64,000 bases of DNA. Source: Patescibacteria group bacterium (GTDB lineage: Bacteria; Patescibacteriota; Microgenomatia; Levybacterales; UBA12049). The notes below the pieces were generated by a model that was not told where the DNA came from, ran no database searches, and worked only from the letters and a program-made list of their open reading frames with translations. The stretch lies in assembly GCA_026004395.1 (NCBI GenBank), contig BPJB01000001.1, forward strand, positions 455,343 through 519,342. The letters run 5' to 3'. A program made the position numbers and the translations under genes. Shown piece by piece: positions 9,966-21,070 of this stretch (the first letter of the stretch is position 1; the number at the start of each line of letters is the position of its first letter).

Positions 9966-11044
9966 GATCACGAAGTCTACTCAATATTGATTGGTGGTTA
10001 ATTCTACCTGTTTTTATCCTTCTTATAATTGGGTTAACAACTATTTTTTCTTTAAATAGTGCACTTTTTGCTAATCAACTTTTTTCCTTAGGGATAAGCC
10101 TTGCTACATTTATAGTATTTGCTAATCTACGCTATGAGTTCTTCAAACAATTTGCACTCCCTATCTATGTAGTCTCTGTTGTTCTTCTTTCAATTGTTTT
10201 CATTATTGGATTTGAAAGCAGGGGAGCAGTACGTTGGATTAATGTCTTCGGATTTCCTATACAATTCTCTGAAGTACTTAAACCATTTCTTGCTATTGCA
10301 TTGGCTTCTTTTTTGGCTACACAAAATAATACATCTCTTAGAGCTTTTATAATTTCATCTATTCTACTTTTGCCAATCTTCTTTCTTATTGCTTTACAGC
10401 CGGATTTGGGAAATGCGCTTATTTATGTAACTGTATTTTTATTTGTGTTATTAGTGTATGGATTCCCTTTTCGCTTCTTTATTATCTCTGCGATTCCTTT
10501 TCTAATAGCATCTCCTTTTATTTGGCATTCTCTTCGAGGATATCAGAAACAAAGAATTCTAACTTTTATTAACCCAACATCTGATCCTCTCGGAACATCA
10601 TACAACGTGGTACAGGCTATGATAGCAGTTGGATCTGGAATGTTTTTAGGAAAAGGCATATCGCAAGGAACTCAATCTGGATTGAGGTTTCTCCCCGAGC
10701 GTCATACTGATTTTATTTTTGCAACACTTTCTGAGGAAATGGGATTTGCAGGATCATTGATAGTTATTCTTTGTTTTATTTTTCTGTGTTTTCGGATCTA
10801 TAAAATTGTTAATTCTAGTGACGACCTCTTTACACGTATTTTTGCAACAGCGGCATTTGGATTTATTTTAGTTCACTTTTTCGTTAATATTGGAATGAAT
10901 ATTGGTCTAGTACCTATTGTTGGCGTTACACTACCATTTGTTTCTTATGGAGGAAGTTCGCTTCTTTCCAATTTTATTTTATTGGGGATTCTTTCATCAA
11001 TGAGTACTAACTTGAACAAAAGAAACGTGCTGGAAATCAGATAA
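9962..11044 (+). CDS. SEDS-family peptidoglycan glycosyltransferase (FtsW/RodA)
   Basis: 360 aa, 10-TM SEDS-like sequence (..NPTSDPLGTSYNVVQAMIAVGSGMFLGKG.. LPERHTDFIFA..); 4-nt overlap with ileS stop. Confidence 0.75.
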   Translation: MRSRSLLNIDWWLILPVFILLIIGLTTIFSLNSALFANQLFSLGISLATFIVFANLRYEFFKQFALPIYVVSVVLLSIVFIIGFESRGAVRWINVFGFPIQFSEVLKPFLAIALASFLATQNNTSLRAFIISSILLLPIFFLIALQPDLGNALIYVTVFLFVLLVYGFPFRFFIISAIPFLIASPFIWHSLRGYQKQRILTFINPTSDPLGTSYNVVQAMIAVGSGMFLGKGISQGTQSGLRFLPERHTDFIFATLSEEMGFAGSLIVILCFIFLCFRIYKIVNSSDDLFTRIFATAAFGFILVHFFVNIGMNIGLVPIVGVTLPFVSYGGSSLLSNFILLGILSSMSTNLNKRNVLEIR

Positions 11045-11072
11045 TCTATTTGGTATAATCATTTTCGTTCAT

Positions 11073-11474
11073 ATGAAATACGCAGTTATCAAGACAGGCG
11101 GAAAACAATACAAAGTTGCAGAAGGAGATATAATCGAAGTTGAAAGACTCCAAACTTCTCCGAATAACAATGTTACATTTTCAGATGTACTTTTATATAA
11201 AGACAATGAGAATGTGATGTTTGGTCAACCTACTGTTGAAGGTATATCTGTAATTGGTAAAGTTCTTGATCATATTAGAGGTGAAAAAATAAGAGTTGCT
11301 ACCTTTAAGTCAAAAGTGCGTTATAGAAGGGTGAAAGGGCATAGACAAGAATTGAGCAAAATAAAGATAGAGTCAATAGTTAGTAGTGATAAACTTCTAA
11401 ATAAAAAAACAGAGAATAGTACTAAAAAAGATGAAGCTAAACCTACAAAAAAGACAACTAGAAAAAATACTTAA
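11073..11474 (+). CDS. rplU: 50S ribosomal protein L21 with Lys-rich C-terminal extension
   Basis: MKYAVIKTGGKQYKVAEGDII.. is the canonical L21 N-terminus; the ~30 aa basic tail KKTENSTKKDEAKPTKKTTRKNT is extra. Confidence 0.9.
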   Translation: MKYAVIKTGGKQYKVAEGDIIEVERLQTSPNNNVTFSDVLLYKDNENVMFGQPTVEGISVIGKVLDHIRGEKIRVATFKSKVRYRRVKGHRQELSKIKIESIVSSDKLLNKKTENSTKKDEAKPTKKTTRKNT

Positions 11475-11481
11475 ATAATCC

Positions 11482-11510
11482 TTGACATTTGTGAAAACTA
11501 TGTTTATGAT
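11482..11510 (+). promoter_or_regulatory. Sigma-70-like promoter inside the rplU-rpmA spacer (TTGACA-17 bp-TATGAT), flanked by 9-bp inverted repeat TGTGAAAAC/GTTTTCACA (11490-11498 and 11517-11525)
   Basis: Perfect -35 TTGACA (11482-87), 17-nt spacer, -10 TATGAT (11505-10). SD AGGGAGG at 11532-38 lies 9 nt before the rpmA ATG. The palindrome arms bracket the -10. Confidence 0.55.
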
Positions 11511-11547
11511 AAAGGTGTTTTCACAGTAAAAAGGGAGGAAAATTACA

Positions 11548-11799
11548 ATGGCACACACAAAAGCACAAGGAGCAGTTAAAGGCAATAGAGATTCTATAGC
11601 AAAGCGTTTAGGCGTGAAAGTCTATGCTGGTGGTAAAGTCCAACCCGGAAATATCATCGTCAGACAAAAAGGTACTAAATTTTTTGCAGGTAATGGCGTA
11701 TCTATGGGTAAAGACTATACTCTTTTTGCTATTACAGAAGGAACAGTATCTTTTAAACAAAGACAAGGCAAAAAAATAGTTGAGGTAATCAATGGATAA
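11548..11799 (+). CDS. rpmA: 50S ribosomal protein L27 (no N-terminal pro-peptide)
   Basis: [31 protein letters not shown].. matches the L27 consensus (AHKKGGGSTRNGRDS..). Confidence 0.95.
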   Translation: MAHTKAQGAVKGNRDSIAKRLGVKVYAGGKVQPGNIIVRQKGTKFFAGNGVSMGKDYTLFAITEGTVSFKQRQGKKIVEVING

Positions 11800-12673
11800 T
11801 ACAAAAGGTGTAATAACCGAGCTTGATACAAATCAGCTACAATCAAATCCACTTCAGCCTCGTGGAGTTATACTCCAAGATTCTCTTACTGATTTAGTTG
11901 AATCAATTCGAGAACAAGGAATTTTAGAGCCAATAGTAGTTGCTAAGACGCCAGCAGGTTATCAAATAATTGCTGGAGAGCGAAGATGGAGAGCAGCTAA
12001 AATTCTTGGATTGCCTAAGGTCCCTGTAGTAATTAAAGAGACAACCCCTCAAGGTATGTTGGAGATGTCTATTGTTGAAAATGTGCAAAGAGAGGATCTT
12101 AATCCTATTGAACGAGCTTTAGCATATAAGAGACTTATTGACGAGTTTGGATTGGGTACAAATGAAGTAGCCAAAAGAGTCGGTAAAAGTGCACCAACGA
12201 TCTCTAATACAATTAGGCTTTTATCACTTCCTGATGCAATAAAGGATGCACTAGTAGCAGGAGTAATTACTGAAGGACATGTACGACCTCTTATATCTTT
12301 GGGTGATCCAAAGTTAATGCTTGATTTATTTAAGAAAATCTTACGAGATAATTGTACAGTTAGACAGACAGAGGAGCTTGCGCGCAAAATAAAGGGTGAG
12401 GTACAGAAAAGAGAGCCTTCGAGCAAAAAAGATCAGCTTTGGGTACCTGAGCAAGATGCAATGGCAAAGCAAATACAAGAGAGGTATCATTTTGATGATG
12501 TTAAAATATTTCAGTCCAGCAAACTTGCTCGTATGACATTGGTCATAAAAGGCGATGTAGATGTTACGACCAAAAAGATCAAAAAAATTCATGAAATTCT
12601 AATGTCTCATTTTGATGAAGATGATAAAAATGAAGAGCAAATGGAATCCTCTAATGATATGATATCTCAATAA
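11792..12673 (+). CDS. parB: ParB/Spo0J-family CTPase-type partition/nucleoid protein (orphan, no ParA adjacent)
   Basis: ParB N-terminal box with GERRWRAAK (CTP-binding motif), HTH region (..[23 protein letters not shown]..); 8-nt overlap with rpmA stop. Confidence 0.8.
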   Translation: MDNTKGVITELDTNQLQSNPLQPRGVILQDSLTDLVESIREQGILEPIVVAKTPAGYQIIAGERRWRAAKILGLPKVPVVIKETTPQGMLEMSIVENVQREDLNPIERALAYKRLIDEFGLGTNEVAKRVGKSAPTISNTIRLLSLPDAIKDALVAGVITEGHVRPLISLGDPKLMLDLFKKILRDNCTVRQTEELARKIKGEVQKREPSSKKDQLWVPEQDAMAKQIQERYHFDDVKIFQSSKLARMTLVIKGDVDVTTKKIKKIHEILMSHFDEDDKNEEQMESSNDMISQ

Positions 12674-12753
12674 TTATCATCCCTATTTTTCTTTCTTTGT
12701 TAATCATTAATAATGCATGAAAATAAAATTAGAATTAATACAGTATTAAAATA

Positions 12754-13317
12754 TCAATGAGTATATGGATTTTGTACAGCACGAGCTTGATTTATTGGCC
12801 AATAGACAAAGAATGATTTGCCAATAATGTCTTCTTTTTTAAGAAATCCCCACTCTCTAGAATCAGAACTATATGGCCTATTATCTCCCATTACAAAGAC
12901 ATATCCTTCAGGTACAACTTTTGATTCGCCTTCTTGCAAAAAGGATCCACCATTTGTTTTCACTTCTGGCCGAAGATAACTGCTTTCATTAAGAGGTAAG
13001 CCATTAAGATATACCTTTCCTCCTTTAATACTTATTGTATCTCCTGAAATTGCAATTACTCTCTTAATAAAATCTTTTTCTTTGTCAAGAGGAGATTTGA
13101 AAACTATCACATCTCCCCGTTTTAAATCTCCCAATTTTAGACCAATAATATTTGTAAAAATATATTCGCGATCTTTGAAAGTAGGATACATCGAGTCTCC
13201 ACTAACTTGAAATGGTCTCATTATGAAAAGGTAAATTACTAAGAAAATAGAAGCTGCCAGCAAGAATGTCTGTATTGTATCAACGAAGAATTCATAGATT
13301 TTTTTTATTACTTCCAT
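12754..13317 (-). CDS. lepB: Signal peptidase I
   Basis: N-terminal TM anchor, catalytic Ser box GDSMYPTF and Lys box region, GDNRPYSSDSREWG C-terminal box. Confidence 0.85.
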   Translation of the reverse strand: MEVIKKIYEFFVDTIQTFLLAASIFLVIYLFIMRPFQVSGDSMYPTFKDREYIFTNIIGLKLGDLKRGDVIVFKSPLDKEKDFIKRVIAISGDTISIKGGKVYLNGLPLNESSYLRPEVKTNGGSFLQEGESKVVPEGYVFVMGDNRPYSSDSREWGFLKKEDIIGKSFFVYWPINQARAVQNPYTH

Positions 13318-13440
13318 CAGTTAATTATTGGCTATTTATACCTAATTGTCAATGAGATTTGTTTTTGCTAAGATTTAATCTATCAAAATTTTATACTGAT
13401 TTTAATACTCATTTTTTATTTAAATAAAAGATCTAATTTT

Positions 13441-13513
13441 GGACCCTTAGCTCAGTTGGTAGAGCGTTGCATTCACATTGCAAAGGTCAGAAGTTCGATC
13501 CTTCTAGGGTCCA
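13441..13513 (+). tRNA. tRNA-Val (anticodon CAC)
   Basis: Cloverleaf: acceptor ggaccct/agggtcc, D-arm gctc-agttggta-gagc, anticodon stem ttgca/tgcaa with loop ttCACat, T-arm agaag-ttcgatc-cttct; CCA not encoded. Confidence 0.85.
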
Positions 13514-13535
13514 CAAATTGAATTTATAAGATTTT

Positions 13536-14216
13536 TTAACAGTCAGGACCATCCATATTCTCTGCCTCTTGGTAAGGTACTCTACGTGGAGGAATATCCC
13601 ACAATCTATTTAATTTTTCAACAGATAATGTTTCTGGTTCTCCTGTTATTTCATCTAAAGGTGGACTTTGAGCTTCAAATCTCCATAATTCCTCGTATAT
13701 TGTTGCACTTAATTTAGAGTAAAAAGGCATGAATCCATCATAGACTCCTTTAAGATATGCTTTTCTAAGAAATTTGTCTTCTGTTTTCATACATTCACTT
13801 ATGACTTGTTCGTATATTGCAGGTATTGATTCTGATAATGTTTGGATAAAAGATGCGAACATAGTATCTTCTTGAGGTTGTATAGGATTCCATCCATTTT
13901 GATAATTGACTATTGACTGAAATACATCTTGTGAGTTTCTTTTATGGATCAGTATATCTTCATACGTGAAGTTAATATATATACCACGATCTTCCAAAAA
14001 TTTTGTAATATGCGCATATGTATTATATGCAGTATTTTTGTATATCTGTCCATATTTACCACGTGAATTTTCTTGAATATAAATATATAAGTGAGGATTT
14101 TTATCTTTAATAATTTTTTCCAAATTCCTATTTTTAAAGGAATTATGTTCACTAGCTATTTGTAGAGATTTATCAATGTGTCTTGACTGGATATGAAATC
14201 GCGGTTTCTCTAACAT
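13536..14216 (-). CDS. Hypothetical protein (226 aa, soluble, no recognisable motif)
   Basis: Long ORF in a coding-dense context immediately 3' of tRNA-Val; no family assignable from sequence. Confidence 0.4.
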   Translation of the reverse strand: MLEKPRFHIQSRHIDKSLQIASEHNSFKNRNLEKIIKDKNPHLYIYIQENSRGKYGQIYKNTAYNTYAHITKFLEDRGIYINFTYEDILIHKRNSQDVFQSIVNYQNGWNPIQPQEDTMFASFIQTLSESIPAIYEQVISECMKTEDKFLRKAYLKGVYDGFMPFYSKLSATIYEELWRFEAQSPPLDEITGEPETLSVEKLNRLWDIPPRRVPYQEAENMDGPDC

Positions 14217-14324
14217 AGTATATATAATAGCTGATTATTGTAGCATCTCTAAAAATGATGAGCAAGTTAATTATAATTAAGTAAAATACAAAATTTGATC
14301 AAAATTTACTAAGGAATTTATAAT

Positions 14325-16136
14325 TTATAATGAAGACTTTAAATAAGTAAGATCCTGCATTAGGATATCAAATACTGATTGTTTTATAAGGATACCTTTG
14401 TTTGCTTTTAAAAGCACTATTGCAGTTTGCAGTTTTATTTGCGCACTAATCTTGTTATTTGATTGGATATCTTTTTGAGCATTTGATAATATTCTTTTTA
14501 ATTGATTACCTAAGATCATATTGAGTTGTTTAAGGGATATGGCTTCATTGATATCTGCAATGACTGTTTGAAATGTAATGATTCTGTTTACTTGTGATTG
14601 ATTTTCATTATCTTTATCAAATTTGATTGTAATAATTTCAGGATTATTTTTGCTAATCAAAATTTGCTGTCTTGATGTTGCAACATCTCCCAATGATGAA
14701 TAAAGATAAAGATCCACTACATTTTTTTGGGTAGAATCAGATGTTATTTCCATATGATATATTCCAGAGGATGGTTTTTTAAGGTAAATTATTTTTAACG
14801 GGTCGCCAGATTTTTCTTCTGAGTTAGTTTCGTTTTCGAGTGGTAATTGACTAAAAGATTCACTTAAAATATTCTCAAGATTATCTTTCAATTTGATGTG
14901 TAAATTTTGGTCATTTATAGCCATAATATAAGAAAGATCTGTATTAGAGGGAATATATCTTCCAAGAGAAATAAAGTTATTATGATAACCATCGCTAAGA
15001 CGTTCTCGATTATAAAAAGGATCGTTAATTAAAAATGTATTGTCCTCAATACCTTTAGCTACAACAAAATGTCCAGGCACTTCGAGAATTCCGGGTCGGT
15101 CATCATTTAGATCATTAATTAATTGTTGTCTTTTATTTTCACCTGAATTACGATCATATTCTAGTGCATCGAAAGAAAAATCTGGATTATTTCCGCTCTC
15201 TTTTGCAAGTCGTGAAAATCTTGAAATTGCAAGCCAATTAACAAGACCATTACCGATATATCCATCTGGCTGAGATCTAAGCCAATTATTCAATGTTCCA
15301 GGATCGAGTCTGGTACCATAAGGAGTTTTATCAATTCCATAGTACTGAAGAATCATTGCAGCTGATGTGAGAGCACATCCCCAAGAATAAATTGTTGGAG
15401 AAGAAGGACTCCATTTATTTGCAGAATCATAAACCATTGATTGCCAAGGCTCACTTGTTTGCTTCAAAAGTGGAACATCCAAATTAGGCTCATTATCAAT
15501 ACTAGTAACAACTATGTTGTCAAAATGTGTTTCTAATTCTCCTCCTCCTGGAGCAGCTTGTGGAGCAATCCTTCCTGTAGGAAAGTTAGCATTTACATGA
15601 GGATTGTCAATAATTAAAATTGGAGGATTTTTTCCTCTATATACAGAGACATGTCTTCCATTAATAATTAATTTAAAATGGATTGTTTGACCATTTGAGT
15701 AATCACCATAATGCACGCTGCCTGAGCTATCTAGTATTAATCTTCCTGGAGTTTGTATATGGAAATCGTACCAATGTTCAGGATCTGTATATCTAAAAGC
15801 TATTGTGTGGTCTGCTCCTGTAACAAGCGTCATATCAAATTCTACAATGTAGTTATCTCCTATCCCATTCCATAAATCATCATCTGGCATTATTTCAGTG
15901 AAACAACGACCTCCGTTAGTTTTTATAACTAATTTTCCATTTATGACTCTCCATACGGCAGGGTTTCCGTTATATAAACATTGATTTCTTGTTACAATCC
16001 ATCCATTTAAATCACCATCATCAAAGTTTTCATATAAAACTTTATGTGATGCATAAGAGATAAAAAATAAAGGGAAAATAAAGCTTGTAATGAAGAGAAG
16101 AATAAAACTGTAAAAGATACTATTCATTATTAACAC
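14325..16136 (-). CDS. Secreted/anchored protein: N-terminal signal/TM + concanavalin/LamG-like (DUF1080-like) domain + C39-like cysteine peptidase domain + long C-terminal coiled/low-complexity region
   Basis: Hydrophobic N-terminus (SIFYSFILLFITSFIFPLFF). Cys motif PTIYSWGCALTSAAMILQYYG and downstream GHFVVAKG are typical of C39-like/papain-like peptidase domains; 603 aa. Confidence 0.5.
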   Translation of the reverse strand: MLIMNSIFYSFILLFITSFIFPLFFISYASHKVLYENFDDGDLNGWIVTRNQCLYNGNPAVWRVINGKLVIKTNGGRCFTEIMPDDDLWNGIGDNYIVEFDMTLVTGADHTIAFRYTDPEHWYDFHIQTPGRLILDSSGSVHYGDYSNGQTIHFKLIINGRHVSVYRGKNPPILIIDNPHVNANFPTGRIAPQAAPGGGELETHFDNIVVTSIDNEPNLDVPLLKQTSEPWQSMVYDSANKWSPSSPTIYSWGCALTSAAMILQYYGIDKTPYGTRLDPGTLNNWLRSQPDGYIGNGLVNWLAISRFSRLAKESGNNPDFSFDALEYDRNSGENKRQQLINDLNDDRPGILEVPGHFVVAKGIEDNTFLINDPFYNRERLSDGYHNNFISLGRYIPSNTDLSYIMAINDQNLHIKLKDNLENILSESFSQLPLENETNSEEKSGDPLKIIYLKKPSSGIYHMEITSDSTQKNVVDLYLYSSLGDVATSRQQILISKNNPEIITIKFDKDNENQSQVNRIITFQTVIADINEAISLKQLNMILGNQLKRILSNAQKDIQSNNKISAQIKLQTAIVLLKANKGILIKQSVFDILMQDLTYLKSSL

Positions 16137-16379
16137 TAATTTTAGGGTATTAAAATATAATTTAAATTGTCAAGATGAAATTGTAATAGCAAATCACAAA
16201 TTCACACTTGAGTTCATACTTGAGCCGATATTTGTGATTTTATTGTAGAATTTTGATTCTATGCAGATCTAGACAAAATTATTTCACTATTATTTATTTT
16301 GAATAATATAAACTAGTTTAGCAAAATATATTTTATGAGAGAGCTTTGTTACTTGAGTATATAGTGATGAGAGGATAAA

Positions 16380-16410
16380 GGTCAGAAATAAAATATGAAA
16401 TAGATAGTTT
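16380..16410 (-). terminator. Probable intrinsic terminator downstream of atpC (hairpin gaaatatagaaact/atctatttc followed by U-rich tract on minus strand)
   Basis: Read on the minus strand after the atpC stop: ..ctgaaatatagaaactatctatttcatattttatttct. Confidence 0.35.
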
Positions 16411-16845
16411 CTATATTTCAGAATGGGGGAGGGTGGTTACTTTTCTTCGTCTTTTGGCTATTCGCAGTTCTAACAACGCTCTTCTTAAATCAGCTTGCGC
16501 AATTGCAAAATCCTTTTCACTGATTTCTTCTCTCTTTCTCTTGAGAATTTCCTCAGCTCTTCTTTGAGCTTCTAATGCTTTTTGGGTATCAATTTCTTCT
16601 GAACGGATTGCATAATCTGCAAGAACAGTTATTAAATCATTTTGTACTTGCAAAAAACCTCCAGTAACAGCAAGATGCTGTTCTCTACCTTTAATTTTAA
16701 TTGTCATTTCACCTTCTTTTAATTGTGTAATAAGGTTAATATGATGCGGAAGAATGGCAATTTCTCCTGTAACTGTTGGAGCAATTAGCTCATCAATTTG
16801 ATCATCATAGATTACTTTTTCTGGGGTAACAATTTTTAGATGCAT
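16411..16845 (-). CDS. atpC: ATP synthase F1 epsilon subunit
   Basis: MHLKIVTPEKVIYDDQIDELIAPTVTGEIAILPHH.. canonical epsilon N-terminal beta-sandwich; last gene of the atp operon. Confidence 0.9.
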   Translation of the reverse strand: MHLKIVTPEKVIYDDQIDELIAPTVTGEIAILPHHINLITQLKEGEMTIKIKGREQHLAVTGGFLQVQNDLITVLADYAIRSEEIDTQKALEAQRRAEEILKRKREEISEKDFAIAQADLRRALLELRIAKRRRKVTTLPHSEI

Positions 16846-16856
16846 ACTCTTAGAAG

Positions 16857-19131
<2,275 letters not shown>

Positions 19132-19185
19132 AGTTAATATTTTCCTAACTATATGTTATAGATATCTATTTTGGATACTTACTAG

Positions 19186-20709
19186 CTAGATACTAAATCC
19201 TTTCTTAAATTCTTCTATCATTTTATCTACCTCTTTTAGATCTTCTTCTTTTAATTTTTCACCTGTTGCAAGTCTAGTTAGGATTTTGGTATATTTTTTA
19301 CCCTTAGCAAACTCATGTAGCTCTTGTTCAAAACGTGAAACTGACTCAACAGGTATATCATCAACATGTCCACGAGTGACAGCAATGATGCTGAGTATCT
19401 CTAGTTCTTCGGGAAGGGGTTTATATTGAGGCTGTTTAAAAATTTCTGTGGTTCTTTTACCTCTCTCAAGTTGTCTAGCAGTTGCTGGGTCAAGTTCAGA
19501 TCCAAATTGTGCAAAGGCTGCCAGCTCTCTATACTGAGCGAGTTCAAGTTTCATTTTACCAGCAACAGATTTCATGGCTCCTGTTTGTGCAGCACTACCT
19601 ACGCGAGATACAGATATTCCAACATTTATTGCCGGACGGATACCAGCATTGAAAAGATCTGATTCAACAAAAATTTGACCATCGGTAATAGAAATAACAT
19701 TGGTTGGAATATATGCAGATATATCGCCTGCTTGTGTTTCAATAATAGGAAGCGCTGTTATTGATCCTCCTCCGTGTTTTTTGTTAAGTTTTACTGCTCT
19801 CTCAAGTAATCTGCTATGAAGATAGAATATATCTCCTGGATATGCTTCGCGTCCAGCTGGTCTTCCCAAAACTAGCGATATCTGCCTATATGCCCATGCC
19901 TGCTTCGTCAAATCATCATAAACTACAAGAACATCTCCACCTTTTTCCAAAAAATATTCAGCAATTGCAGTACCAGCATATGGAGCAAGATATTGGAGAG
20001 ATGCAGGATCAGCAGCATCAGCAGCAACAACAATAGTATTCTCCATAGCTTCCTCTTCTTTAAGTTTTCCTATTATTTGAGCTATAGTACTTTGTTTTTG
20101 TCCAATAGCCACATAGACACAGATTACAGGTTTTTGGCCTTTTTGGACATTTTTTTGGTTAATAATTGTGTCTATTGCTATTGCTGTTTTTCCCAATCCA
20201 CGATCTCCAATAATCAACTCTCTTTGTCCGCGTCCAATAGGTATCATCGCGTCAATTGCTTTGATGCCTGTTTTAAGTGGTGTATCAACAGGCTCTCTCT
20301 CAATTACACCAGCTGCAATTCTTTCAAGAGGCATGAGTTTCCCATTTTTGATTGCTGGACGACCATCAAGTGGTATGCCAAGAGGATTGACAACTCTTCC
20401 TAGCAATTCTTCTGATACTCTGATACCTAAAAGTTCACCTGTAGTTTTTACGGTATCTCCTTCTTTGATATCAGTTGCTTGATCAAGAAGGATTATAGAT
20501 ACTTTATCTTCATCAAGATCAAATACAACACCTGAGATATTATTTTTGAATAGAACTTTTTCTCCCATGACAGCACGTGAGAGACCAGATGCTACTACGA
20601 CGCCATCATGGTTTATCTCTACTGTCCCAATGTTCTGCATTTTTGCGTCATAGGTAAATCCTTTTACGCGTTTTTCGAGTTGTTTTATGATATCGTTACT
20701 ATCAATCAT
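19186..20709 (-). CDS. atpA: ATP synthase F1 alpha subunit
   Basis: Walker A GDRGLGKTAIA, alpha-specific C-terminal domain; 507 aa. Confidence 0.95.
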   Translation of the reverse strand: MIDSNDIIKQLEKRVKGFTYDAKMQNIGTVEINHDGVVVASGLSRAVMGEKVLFKNNISGVVFDLDEDKVSIILLDQATDIKEGDTVKTTGELLGIRVSEELLGRVVNPLGIPLDGRPAIKNGKLMPLERIAAGVIEREPVDTPLKTGIKAIDAMIPIGRGQRELIIGDRGLGKTAIAIDTIINQKNVQKGQKPVICVYVAIGQKQSTIAQIIGKLKEEEAMENTIVVAADAADPASLQYLAPYAGTAIAEYFLEKGGDVLVVYDDLTKQAWAYRQISLVLGRPAGREAYPGDIFYLHSRLLERAVKLNKKHGGGSITALPIIETQAGDISAYIPTNVISITDGQIFVESDLFNAGIRPAINVGISVSRVGSAAQTGAMKSVAGKMKLELAQYRELAAFAQFGSELDPATARQLERGKRTTEIFKQPQYKPLPEELEILSIIAVTRGHVDDIPVESVSRFEQELHEFAKGKKYTKILTRLATGEKLKEEDLKEVDKMIEEFKKGFSI

Positions 20710-21055
20710 ATAGTTCTTCTACGTGTTCTGTAATTTTTTCCAGCGCATCTTTAAGACTCATTTCATAAACATTATCATTTTGATGTATTCTTACTCCCAA
20801 GATAAGTGAAGGGTCAGTATTGATTACTATTTGTTTTCCCGGAAAAAGTTCCTGAATTTTTCCTTTAATATCATTTGTTACTACCGGTACATCAACAATA
20901 ACTTTTTGCTGTTTTTCCCAGTTTTTAAGTCCTTTTATATATAATTGTAGCTCTTTTTTCGTTAAAAGATCAGCTATTCTATTTACTTTCTCTGGATCGA
21001 GTTTACCATTGGTATAGCTTTGAATAACAAGCTGTTGTAAAAATTTTTTATTCAT
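20702..21055 (-). CDS. atpH: ATP synthase delta (OSCP) subunit, unusually short (117 aa)
   Basis: Position between atpF and atpA; C-terminal ..LILGVRIHQNDNVYEMSLKDALEKI resembles the delta C-terminal consensus; the N-terminal helical domain is largely absent. Confidence 0.6.
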   Translation of the reverse strand: MNKKFLQQLVIQSYTNGKLDPEKVNRIADLLTKKELQLYIKGLKNWEKQQKVIVDVPVVTNDIKGKIQELFPGKQIVINTDPSLILGVRIHQNDNVYEMSLKDALEKITEHVEELYD

Positions 21056-21070
21056 ATTTTATTCTAAGTA

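Noticed and set aside
13441-13513. Searched for an integrase or att repeat next to tRNA-Val, tRNA-Asp, tRNA-Gly, tRNA-Glu and tRNA-Lys, as signs of an integrative element.
   Set aside because: No tyrosine- or serine-recombinase-like ORF and no duplicated tRNA 3' segment were found anywhere in the window. The island hypotheses rest only on gene content and gene deserts.
19426-20482. Plus-strand ORFs inside atpA (19426..19662, 19842..20036, 19993..20403, 20168..20482).
   Set aside because: They are embedded in the highly conserved ATP synthase alpha gene on the other strand. Their Cys/Ser/Gln-rich compositions are antisense artefacts.
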